A stretch of DNA of 64,000 nucleotides from Flaccisagitta enflata (taxonomy: Eukaryota). The notes beneath the pieces were generated by a model. It worked only from the letters and a program-made list of their open reading frames with translations. It searched no databases and had not been told where the DNA came from. This document shows positions 53,489 to 64,000 of this stretch, in pieces. The stretch lies in NCBI GenBank assembly GCA_965153355.1, contig OZ231126.1, positions 32,178,001-32,242,000 on the forward strand. The letters are read 5' to 3'. Within the stretch, counting starts at the first letter, position 1, and each line of letters begins with the position of its first letter. The position numbers and the translations under genes were made by a program.

Positions 53489-55420
53489 GAAATCAAAGGT
53501 TTCAGTTGAAGTGGATAAGAAAGGGTGAAGGGGAGCCACGTGACAGGAAAAAGGTGGCAACAAGGGTGCGCAAATATCAAAGAACGGTAAAGGAACAATA
53601 ATTAAAGGCATATTTGCCTTAATGAATTTGATTCAAATTCTGAACCCGGCAAATGAAATTACCAATGCTTTAGATGACTCGTTTTCTTTTGACTTCTCTT
53701 TCACTCAATGCTCTGTTGCATATTGACCTTCTTTTCTGTTATACCACTTGGATAAAAAAAAAAGACGCACCTATTCATTGATTGATAAAATAGATATAAC
53801 AAATGATTCTAACTATTTCTAAAAAAATATTTTGAAAATTTCTGAATAATCTTTCAATTTAGCTTTATCCCAGGTCTGTATCTCAAACGGTTTAGAAGCT
53901 AGAGCCCTGCAAAGAGAAGCACCAATTTGTGAAATTGCATTGTTACACAGGGTTTACGAAATGTTTTCACGCAAACTGATGCCATTTCTGAACGAAAAAA
54001 GATAGCAATACCAGATTAGTGCCCAATGAAATTAATTTCAAAGGGCTTTCAAATAATCTAAGATTTTACTTAGTTTCATTGAAAATCATAGGCAAAATTA
54101 GCCTATTCAAAATACCGTCTTTTTTTTTATCCACGTGGTAAGTTATTCATATAAAGACGCATATATATTTCTGGCTGGCACTGACGGGAGGTTGGCGGGA
54201 CCATCAATAGTCTGTACGCGAATCGCCCGACGCGTGATGCATCTAATGACCCAATTGGCTTGCTCAGAACAACGTGCCAGAAATCCTGACTCAGGATTCC
54301 ATCTTCCGGTATTGGCCTTATTCATACGTAGCGCATTACTTTGATCAACGACAACATTTTCGACAGATATTTAAGTGTCTGAAGTTGGAACAAATCGTTG
54401 ATTGTTGGAGCAAAAAAAAGAAAAAAAAAAAACAAACCAAAAACAAAAACCAAAAACAAAAACGACATAACTGAATATTCTTCAAAGGCTCTTATTTTAG
54501 CCTGGTAGGTGTTGGGTAATGGGTAATGTGTAATAGAGGGGGTCATAGAGTGATGTTTTTGGAAAATCATCACAGAACTCCGGATTCTGAGGGTTTATTA
54601 AATGTGCAAAAGAGGGAAAAAAATTTTAAGCCCATAGGTATTGAGGAATAATCCTCCAAAATGCGTCAAAGTTGAGGTGTCAAACCCGCAAAAATCGCCA
54701 AAATCGCCAAAATCGCCAAAATTACATGTTTTACTATTGTTTGTAAATTGAGTTTAATGGTAGTATTGACATTGGAATCATTCATAACATACCTCCTCTT
54801 ACTCTTATTTTATCATAGAATAGTTCAGTTTATCATATTCTCCCATTTAGATAGCTAAAAAGTAGGTCCAATTACTACCAAAGATAGGCGAAAATCATCA
54901 AAATTGTCAAATAACCAGATTCTCGCATTTTTACTTTAGATTATCAAATGAAGTAAGTCCTCAGAATCTTAATACAATCATTCTTTTCTAACAGGATACC
55001 TTTGATAAAATGATTACTTGGTGTCTTTTCATGTTCATATCCCCAAAGTAGAGTATTACCATGTCCATTAAATTCAACAGATTATACAAAGCTTTTCTCA
55101 CTTCAGTGCTCAATCTTCCGCCTCCAGGACTTGCAACCTGGCATAGGTTTTTTACTAAAGTTTTTTTTTGTTTTTTTTATTTGTTTTTTTTAAATTTTTT
55201 TTTTCTTTTTTTTGTTTTTGTTTTTGTTTGTTTTTTAATCAAATTTCCACAAAAATGTGGCGGAATTGGGCCAAACTGATAAAATGTTTGGCGAAGCAAC
55301 TGATTTTTAACCACTTAGGAACAGAAGACAGAATAAATTTCATAGAACAATTGGGCAAATTGTAAAACATTAAACTTTTTTTTGGGGGGGGGGTTGGGTT
55401 TTTTTTTCTTTTTTTATCTT

Positions 55421-55597
55421 TTTTAGTCGCGGACAAGCGACTCTATAAGAGGCTTTGTCCGTCCGTCCGTCCGTCCGTCCGTTGGTCCGTCGGTCCGTCG
55501 GTCCGTCGGTGAGCACGAGTCGAAAAGTGGGAAAACGCGCATTTTCGCCCCTGCCCACCCGTCCGCGACTGGTATTGGCCGTGTATCCGGCCTTGTT
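55421..55597 (+). mobile_element. Helentron/DINE-1-like family A element inserted in the left TIR of the Tpt1-carrying transposon
   Basis: TTTTAGTCGCGGACAAGCGACT, (GTCC)n, CGCGACTGGTATTGGCCGTGTATCCGGCCTTGTT. Absent from the right TIR. Confidence 0.8.
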
Positions 55598-55905
55598 AAT
55601 CTAATTTCCACAAAAATGTGGCGAAATTGAGCCAAACTGACAAAATGTTTGGCAAAGCGGCTGATTTTTAACCACTAAGGAACAGTTGAATCATATTGAA
55701 TAATTGAAACATTTTGCTTTGAAAAGAGTTGTAATTTGAGAAGTCAAAAAAAGACTGCAGTAAAAAAGAAGTATCAATAAAAGAGATATAGTAACTGAGT
55801 GGGACCTGTGCAAGATCACCAAAACATCAGTTACTGAAATGGATGAAATGGCAATTGGGCAGAGTGTTGCATTGAATAATCAATTAATTTGCAAAACGAT
55901 CTGCA

Positions 55906-56665
55906 TTGAAAGGATGCAAATTTGAACTTCAAAAGGAGTTAGATCAGCTTCGTAGCTCTGGCCCAGAAGCTGGATCAGTCCAAGAGCTTAGTCTGTGGCT
56001 TCAAAGCTGCTCGATCTTCCCCCAACCTCCTCAGGTCTCACTGATTAAAAAGGTTAGCCAAGATTTGGAAAAAGTGTTGGCCTTTAAGAGGCTAAGGGAA
56101 GATGAAAAAGATCCACTGGCCCGGCTGCCAATTGCTGAAGGCATGCAGATCTCAAAGAAAATGGCGTTCTTTTCACGGCACAATATGCCTGAGGGGAAAT
56201 ACCCAAGGCAAGATGGGTCAGTACCAATCTCAGCTCTTGAGGTATCACTTGGTGTACCCAGCATAAAAATTTTGCGAGCAGTGAGCCCTGAGTATGATAT
56301 GGAAAAGAAGAGGCGCTATGTGGTGCTTGAATATTTACATCCCAACACCACCGTGACTGTCAGAGTTACCGCTCTTGGAGGTCACAGCATCAAAATACTG
56401 GCACGTCCTGGCCACTTCCTCCTGGGAAAAGAGCTTTGCCCTCTTCAACGACATCAAGAAACATGGATTCATCTCTCAGCAGGGGAGGAAAGGTGGGATC
56501 AATTTTTGCCCTAAGGAAAACAAGTATCGCCTTGGTTCAACTCATTCAGTCATACTTGATGGTCTTGGTTACCAGTTCTTTGGTAATCGCTTCTCTGATG
56601 TTGTTTATGGCGTGGGAAAGTGGGAAGGCGACACATGGTCATGTCAAATCCCAGCAAATTCCTGA
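55906..56665 (+). pseudogene. Degraded, divergent Tpt1/KptA (RNA 2'-phosphotransferase)-like coding sequence
   Basis: Ordered motifs in the first frame: ISKKMAFFSRH, DGSVPI, KKRRY, VRVTALGGHS. After a frameshift at ~56430-56445: DIKKHGFISQQGRKGGINF, R...VILD, GYQFF...DVVYG...IP. These parallel Tpt1 motifs SK-x-LS-x-x-LRH, DG-x-V, K-x-RF, IRA-x-QGHS, I-x-x-x-GL-x-x-x-x-R-x-x-(V/I)H, G-x-x-F...V-x-L. The HGT motif segment is missing at the frameshift. Confidence 0.65.
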
Positions 56666-58734
56666 AATTCACCTTGAAAAGACTTTGAGAAATCTCCAAT
56701 AAAAATCTTTGCAAGGCATTTTTGAAAAATGATTTTTGGATATGAAATTTTTTCAACTTTGTCAAAGGCTTTTATCGGGTAACTTGATTTTATTTTGAAG
56801 ATGGTAGTTGAGGTCTTAGTGGTTAAAAATCAGCCGCTTTGCCAAACATTTTGTCAGTTTGGCCCAATTTCGCCATGTTTTTATGAATATTTGATTAAAA
56901 AAGAAAAAAAAAAGAACCAAAAAAAAACAAAAAACAAAAAAACAAAAAAAAATTTACTGTTTAATGCTTTACAATTTGCCCAATTGTTCTATGAAATTTA
57001 TTCTGTCTTCTGTTCCTTAGTGATTAAAAATCAGCTGCTTTGCCAAACATTTTATCAGTTTGGCCCAATTCCGTCACATTTTTGTGGAAATTTGATTAAA
57101 AAAAAAAACAAAAAAAAAAACAAAAAAAAAAAAAAAAAACAAAAAAAAAAACAAACCAAAAGAAAAAAAATAAAAAAAATAAAAAAAACAAGTAAAAAAA
57201 ACTTTAGTAAAACACCTATGCCTATGCCAAGTCCTGGAGGCGGAAGATTGAGCACTGAAGTGATAAAAGCTTTGTATAATCTGTTGAATTTAATGGACAT
57301 TGTAGTACTCTACTGTGGAGATATGAACCTGAAAAGACACAAAGTAATCATTTTATCAAAGGTATCCTGTTAGAAAAGCATGATCGTATAAAGATTCTAG
57401 GACTTACTTCATTTGATAATTTAAAGTAAAACATGCGAGAATCTGGTTATTTGACAATTTTGATGATTTTCGCCTATTTTTGGTAGTAATTGGACCTACT
57501 TTTTAGCTATCTACATGGGAGAATATGATAAACTGAACTATTCTATGATAAAATAAGAGTAAGAGGAGGTATGTTATGAATGATTCCAATGTCAATACTA
57601 CCATTAAACTCAATCTACAAACAATAGTAAAACATGTAATTTTGGCGATTTTTCGCGATTTTTGCGATTTTCGCGGGTTTGACACCTCAACTTTGACGCA
57701 TTTTGGAGGATTATTCCTCAATACCTATGGGCTCGAAATTTTTTTCCCTCTTTTATACATTTAATAAACCCTCAGAATCCGGAGTTCTGTGATGATTTTC
57801 CAAAAATATCACTCTATGACCCCCTCTAATGTGTAATCAACTAGAAAAGTATTCGTAGTTAGGTGAAGGTATGTGAAAATTACTTTGGTTGATTCCAGTT
57901 GGGACACAGATTTGGGATTGCAAAGCCAAACACCGTGGATCTAATACGCCGCTGTATTCTTTCAAATGCGGCCAAGCAGGGGTCAGTAGCTCAATTATGT
58001 TAGGAGCAGCAATTTCCCAAAATTGATGCTTATTTCTTTATTTCTTATTTCGATGATATTTCTAAGTGTAGGTGTACTTATTTCCAAGATTATATAGTGG
58101 AAAACACGATAACCTCATGCAAGACTTTTGAATAACTGATTTCCTACCCGTTTTTTCTGTTTCATTATACCACAAAGATGAGTGTCACTGCCACAGACAA
58201 AGATGATTTACTGATCAATATGGAACCGCTTCTTTTGAAAGATCCGCAAGCAAACAGCGCTGGCGATGTTAACGAAACTGCTGTTGAACAAAAGTCGGAC
58301 CAATTTCAAGGTGGACCTGACGACTCTTAACGCAAAAGAAAAAAGAAAAACAAGGCCAAGTAGGCCGATAAGGTGCGACGTGTGGATCGTTGAACGAATG
58401 CGTTACCCGACCGACCAACAGACCAACCGACCAACCAACCGACCGACGGACACAGCCAGTTATAGAGGTGCTTTGTCGCACCTTAAAAAAAACTCATTCG
58501 GAATAAGCGTTTTTTCATTCATTGAAGTTAAAATTTTCTTTCTCTCAATACCGCAACAGTGGCTGATATCATCCGGTATTAAGCCATGAAGCTAATCATT
58601 GAAAACTTTTCTGCTCTTATTGCCCTCACTCATTAAGAGTCAATATGCAAATTAGCATGAACCGACAACATCCAGTGGGCAGGTGTATAACAAACAATCT
58701 ATTTTTCTACTTTAATCCATGGATAGTTTGTATT

Positions 58735-59241
58735 TTTAGTCGCGTGAACGCGACTCTAGAAGCCGCTGTGTCGGTCGGTCGGTCGGTCGGTCCGTAACGT
58801 AACTTTTTTGAAATATGGCTCTAATCTTCATTTTAAAGTTACTTTAGGGTACTTAAGGGTACCTAAGGGTACTTAAGGGTACTTTAGGGTACTTAAGGGT
58901 ACTATAGGTATTTAAGGTTACTTTAGGTACTTTTGGGTACTTTAGGGTCCTTAAGGGTCCTATAGTGTACTTAGGTTACATTAGGTACTTTTAGAGTACT
59001 TTAGGGTTGTTTAGGGTACTTAAGGGTACTCTAGGGTACTTTAAGTACTTAAGGTACCTTTAACTTCATTACCTTTACCTATATTACCTTAATTACCTTT
59101 ATTTCCATTATCAACGTTATCAACGTTATCAACTTTATTACCTTTATTACCTTTATTACCTTTATTACCTTTATTACCTTAATTACCCTAATTACCCTAA
59201 TTACCCTTATTACCACGCGACTAAGGTTTGTTGACCTTGTT
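58735..59241 (+). mobile_element. Helentron/DINE-1-like family A variant with internal 10-bp and 9-bp tandem repeats
   Basis: 5' TAGTCGCGTGAACGCGACT, (GTCG)n, (AAGGGTACTT)n, (TTATTACCT)n, and 3' CACGCGACTAAGGT..ACCTTGTT. Confidence 0.7.
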
Positions 59242-59329
59242 TCGGTTGCGCCCGCTTTCAAACCCAAATTATCTCTTTGTACTTCTCTATCTCTGTCTGT
59301 CTATCTATGTCTGTGTGTCTATCTATTTG

Positions 59330-59454
<125 letters not shown>

Positions 59455-59709
59455 AACTTACCCGCGAGCAGCAAAAAGCCGCTGTATTTTGTTACATATC
59501 TTAAATGCACGATGGTTAACATATCGCTTTGCAGGTGATGGATACTTTTTTTAAATGGCGATTTCATGTAATTCATTCATTGATGTATACAATTGTTGTT
59601 TCTCCGCTTCTGTACTATTTCAGAGTAAAACTTACCTGTCGTTGCAGATGGCGGTAAGAAGGGGAGAAGGAATGAAACAGAGAGATAGAGAGAAAATGAG
59701 TTGAGATTG

Positions 59710-60010
59710 TTTATTGCTACATTGGCAATATGCAACAAAAGATGGATACAACAGAAACCCAGTCGCAAGAGCGTTTCAAAATTTGAACAAATATTTGTGT
59801 GATGTTTTAATGACAATGTTTCAATTTGGTGTTTCCCGTTCACTGTCTAGTTGTTTGTCAAAGGCATTCAACAGTTGCATACTTATTTTCAGCATGCTCC
59901 ATCCATCGTACACTTGTGCCGGTGTATTTTGGTATTCTGTTTCCAAAGGGACAAGGGCAGCATCATCACCATTGGCTGTCATGATGTTCTGGTCATCTAG
60001 CAATGTTTTC
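59710..60010 (-). pseudogene. Possible decayed hAT-like DDE transposase fragment
   Basis: Minus-strand frames give QVYDGWSM...LLNAFDKQL, then after a frameshift LLRLGFCCIHLLLHIA. This resembles the D-G ... L-L-x-L-G-x-C-x-x-H-x-x-H segment of hAT-like transposases. Confidence 0.35.
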
Positions 60011-60021
60011 AGAATACACTG

Positions 60022-60425
60022 GAATCTGTCCTCTCAAGACTGAAATCTGCCCTCTCAGACCTCAAATCTGTCCTCTCAGGCTGTAAATCTGCCCACTCAG
60101 ATTCAAGGCCTGTGCGGGCAGATTTCAGACCTGAGAGGGCAGATTTCAGGCCTGAGATGGCCAGGGGGGGGGCGAACAGACAAACGGGCGAAAGGACGGA
60201 TGAATGAAAGTACCCCTGTGTTCTACAGGACTTTTTCCCCTCCTCTCACTCCCATTCACAATCATTCAAAGCAGGGCAACGGGTATCGCTGACTACATAT
60301 TGCCCTTGGGCGACCTGTTGATCTTTTTGAGCTCACTGCTCCTGCCCAAATACCCATGTGACCTTTTCTATCACTACCCCTACCCACCCGCACGCGACTA
60401 GGGTAGCCGTGTATCCGGCCTTGTT
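60022..60425 (+). mobile_element. 5'-truncated family B element followed by a family A 3' half
   Basis: 21-mer remnants and the family-B tail to 60319, then CTCCTGCCCAAAT...GGGTAGCCGTGTATCCGGCCTTGTT. Confidence 0.65.
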
Positions 60426-60542
60426 TTTCTTTCCCCTCTTCCTTTCGCACGCAGACCTCTAACAATAACAATGTTTTTCAGCCGTTTTCCGTCCATTTAA
60501 TGAACTTTAACTATCAACGGTTGTTCTGCTTTTCTAGCGCGC

Positions 60543-60663
<121 letters not shown>

Positions 60664-61804
60664 GCATTGTGCTTTGTGATCTTCATCGAATCCTTGCTAA
60701 TGGCTTTGTGCTTCAATGTTCGGCGTTCATCGACATTTTACTCCTCCTCTTCCTGCTCATTCTCCTCATCCTCCTTTCCTTCATCGACACTCTAATGGAC
60801 AAGATGCAGCTTCAGGTAAAAACACCAGGAAGGAGGTATTAAGGGAGAAGGAAGGGTAAGAAAAGAGTGGGAGGGATGAGCAGGGTGAGCAGAAGGACAA
60901 GATTGGGGACAAGGGAAACAAGATGGAGATGAGGGAGGGGACAGAAATAGTGATAGGGATGAGCGGGGTGAGCGGAAGAACAAGGGACAAGGGAAATGAG
61001 GTTTAGAAGAGGAAGGTGACAAAATGAGATATAAAGATGGGTATGGTGAGCAGAGGGATATGAGTGAGGACAGGGAAGTAAGACGGAGATGAGGAGGGGG
61101 ACGAAAAGTGTGAGTACGGTGAGCAGAGGGAGGACATGAAAATTGAGATATAAAGGAGAAATAAGAAGGAGAAAAGGAATGTTAGGAGGAGTGAGGAGAG
61201 GACCAAACAGATAAGGAAGGAAAACGGAGGATATAAGGGGTAAAGCTGCGAAGGAAGGAATCTCAGGGAATTGAGAACAAGGGAAGAGAACTCGGAGAAA
61301 AAAGAGAGGCGGACAGAGTTTAAACAAAGTTTAAACAGTTTAAATAGTTTAAACAAAGTAAAAAATGAGTTGGCATCTGAGTGGGGAAACGAAAGAAAGC
61401 CTCAAAAGAGAAAACAGCGAAAAAAAAGGAGGTTGAAAACAAAATGTCCAATAGATTTGACAAAGTTTTGAGGAGACCATCCAAACACTGTTCTAAACGG
61501 ATCATATCCGTTGATGTATGGATCAAACATGAGGATTGGTTCGTTTTGAATATTCAATTTACACTGGCAGCAATGATACAAAAGAACTGATCCATACAGG
61601 GCTGGAAAGGTTCATTTTCAAGTGGTATTGAGAAAATGGGGTTTGATGGACAAAAAAAAAGTGTCTTTCAAACTATTCTAGTGGATTTTCTTCAATTTCA
61701 TGTCAGTAGAACTTTCCTGCTAAAGGATATCAAAATGTGCTGTTTTACTGGTTGAAATTCTGTAAAATGAAAATGATTGAAAAACAAGGATTTATGCTTG
61801 AGAC

Positions 61805-62480
61805 TAGAGTTGAGAGTGACTCGGGTTTTCAATCACCACCGATTTTCAGGGATTTTCCCTTTCCACCACCGTTTTTCGGTTTTTTTTAGTGATTTTTATT
61901 CTGCATCTGCTTATGGGGTTGTTCAGATGCATCATGCTGCAAAAACCTTGTGCACAATTAATCATCAGAACTTTGTAATGAGAAAAGAAGTGCTAAATTG
62001 GATAGTTTTTTTTTTAATTGAGCAACAGACCAGAATGAAGATCAACATTGATGCAGGGTCACAAATATTGTTGCGGACGGGTGGGCATGGGTATCCAACC
62101 CAACTCGTGCCGACAGATGGACCAACAGACCGATGGGGGGACAAAGCTTCTTATAGAGTTGCGTCTGCAACTTTTTAAAAATGTGCATGGTAAAACTTGT
62201 CAATCATTGATTTTTGTCTGAATGTTTACCCATGAAAAAGTAAACATCGCAGTCTCTTCTTTGAGGTGGATAGGTTAAGTTTTTTGCACTTTTCTATTTC
62301 TTGAGTTTGCTATATGACCTTTGTTCCTGGTGCTACCAAACAGAGGAAAATCCCATATATCCTGTTCTTATACAGATTTAGTGTGAGATGGCATTCTTGA
62401 TGCCACAGTCAAAAAGATGATTCACACCTTTGAATGAAAAAAGGTGTTTTCTTATCTCAGTCAGTTTGCTACTTTCATTT

Positions 62481-62558
<78 letters not shown>

Positions 62559-63006
62559 GTCTTTTTTCTCTCTCTCTTGCACTTCTTCTGTCTTTCATTA
62601 TTGGACTTTATTTTTTTTTCTTAACAGAATTGACAGTATTGACACGCTCAATGAATACAAATAGTGAGGGAAAACATAATATCTTGAGCTAAAGATTTTT
62701 TTGCTATTTCTCAAGCTAGAAAAAACAAAAACTAGCTGAGTAAAACTGGTATCAGACACTGTTTCCTTGTCACCATGGTAACTGTAGAACAAGGGATTTA
62801 GATGATATCAGTTTTTTTTCCTGCAAATTTCAATGATTAACATGCGCACTTTCTTGAATATGATAGCAATTTCAGCTTAGTGAAGGGGCAGTTGGGGAAG
62901 GGAGATAAAAACGGTGAAAAACCGAAAATCCAAATCACTGAATCAGTGAAACTTGGCATTCACTCCACCGTTTTTTCCGTTTGTGAATCACCGAATCTCA
63001 AACCTA
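61805..63006. mobile_element. Non-autonomous hAT element
   Basis: Termini TAGAGTTGAGA / TCTCAAACCTA, exact 8-bp TSD CTTGAGAC (61797-61804 and 63007-63014), and subterminal CACCG/CGGTG motif clusters. Confidence 0.85.
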
Positions 63007-63062
63007 CTTGAGACGAACTAGGAGAGTCCACTTGAAAAAATTATGCATTCTAATAGCTTATG

Positions 63063-63584
63063 ACACCTGTCGAACATTTAGGCGGACTAGCATTGCTGTC
63101 AAATGTCCAAAAACTTCTCCAAGTGAACATAGGAGATTTGATTCATGAATTAGGAATATCAAATTCCATGGTCACGGCTTTTACTGTCCTGGGGTCGTCC
63201 CTGGATGGGGGCTGCAATTTCAGAGCATAATTTTTTCACCATTTTGTTGAACTTCATATCATCCAAAATTTCCCATCCTATTCGCCAAAAATTGCACACT
63301 TCCCCACAAAAATCATTTTTTGATACTTCAAAAACATCTGTTATTTTTGCAATAAAGGGCAATTCCTGAAAACGTGAACCTGGGAAAAAAAGTAACATTT
63401 CAACATTGCAATTAGGATATCATGACTGATTTTCGCATCATGTGAAATGATACAACATAAAATCTTCTTACCACACAAAAATACTAGCAATTTGCTATCT
63501 TCAGTACAAATCTCATGCCACTGAAGCTATATTTACTATGCAACCCATAGCTATACATTTTCTGCCTAAATGTTCGACAGGTGT
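63063..63584. mobile_element. MITE with ~24-bp TIR
   Basis: ACACCTGTCGAACATTTAGGC(G/A)GA at both ends; TSD ambiguous (TG/TA). Confidence 0.75.
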
Positions 63585-63697
63585 TACAACTAATTGGGAA
63601 CGGCAGGGAGGCTACAAACTATATTTTAGTTTCATTGGCTATCTAGAAGTATGGTAAATGTGCAAATATGTTTTTCCAAAGAGAGAAGGGGGGAGGG

Positions 63698-63973
63698 GTG
63701 TTAGCCACTGCGTGTCTGTCTAATCATGTGAGTATGCATGTACGCGTATGAGCATGCGTGTTAGCCACTGCGTGTTTATCTAATCATGTGAGTGTGCGTG
63801 TACGCGTATGAGCACGCCTGTTGGCCACTGCATGTCTGTCTAGTCATGTGAGTGTGCGTGTACGCGTATGAGCACGCGTGTTACCCACTGCATGTCTGTC
63901 TAATCATGTGAGTATGCGTGTACGCGTATGAGCATGCATGTTAGCCACTGCATGTTTGTCTAGTCATGTGAGT
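63698..63973. repeat. 60-bp tandem repeat, about 4.5 copies
   Basis: GTGTTAGCCACTGCGTGTCTGTCTAATCATGTGAGTATGCGTGTACGCGTATGAGCATGC consensus with an exact 60-nt period. Confidence 0.95.
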
Positions 63974-64000
63974 TACAGGGGCGTAGGAGAGTTAAATCTT

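Larger units (their letters stand above)
54534..57828. mobile_element. Long-TIR non-autonomous DNA transposon (hAT- or MULE/foldback-like) carrying a Tpt1-like cargo
   Basis: Inverted repeats at 54534-~55679 and ~56815-57828 (termini TAGAGGGGGTCATAGAGTG / CACTCTATGACCCCCTCTA). Direct repeat ATGTGTAA at 54526-54533 and 57829-57836; this can also be read as a 10-bp AATGTGTAAT if the termini are 1 nt shorter. Confidence 0.92.

Noticed and set aside
56795-57373. 192-aa Lys-rich ORF
   Set aside because: Lies within the right TIR and is driven by poly-A tracts; the mirrored left arm is interrupted.
58178-58330. Short ATG ORF (MSVTATDKDDLLINMEPLLLKDPQ..., 50 aa) after an acceptor-like AG
   Set aside because: Protein-like, but short, with no recognisable motif, strong splice donor or partner exon; cannot be supported without RNA data.

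Overview
A eukaryotic window, probably from an invertebrate animal, and very rich in repeats. It has no prokaryotic operons, rRNA or CRISPR. It contains one clear protein-coding locus: an intronless multi-pass membrane gene at 5833-9248 (+) built from two tandem XK-related (Xkr/CED-8 scramblase-like) units. That gene is split by a single -1 frameshift at a T8 run (7412-7419), which is either an assembly error or recoding. The most unusual object is a 3.3-kb DNA transposon (54534-57828) with ~1-kb terminal inverted repeats and an exact target-site duplication. Its only cargo is a degraded, divergent Tpt1/KptA-like gene (NAD-dependent RNA 2'-phosphotransferase / nucleic-acid ADP-ribosyltransferase family). 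The rest is a dense mosaic of repeats: non-autonomous TIR elements (hAT-, Tc1/mariner-, Transib- and piggyBac-like, several nested), many Helentron/DINE-1-like short elements with internal micro/minisatellites, higher-order tandem arrays (21-bp units in ~1.28-kb blocks; 367-bp units in 734-bp dimers), tRNA-like Pol III cassettes and long microsatellites. Nearly all other ORFs in the track are artefacts of these repeats. All family assignments come from motif recognition by eye; no database search was run.
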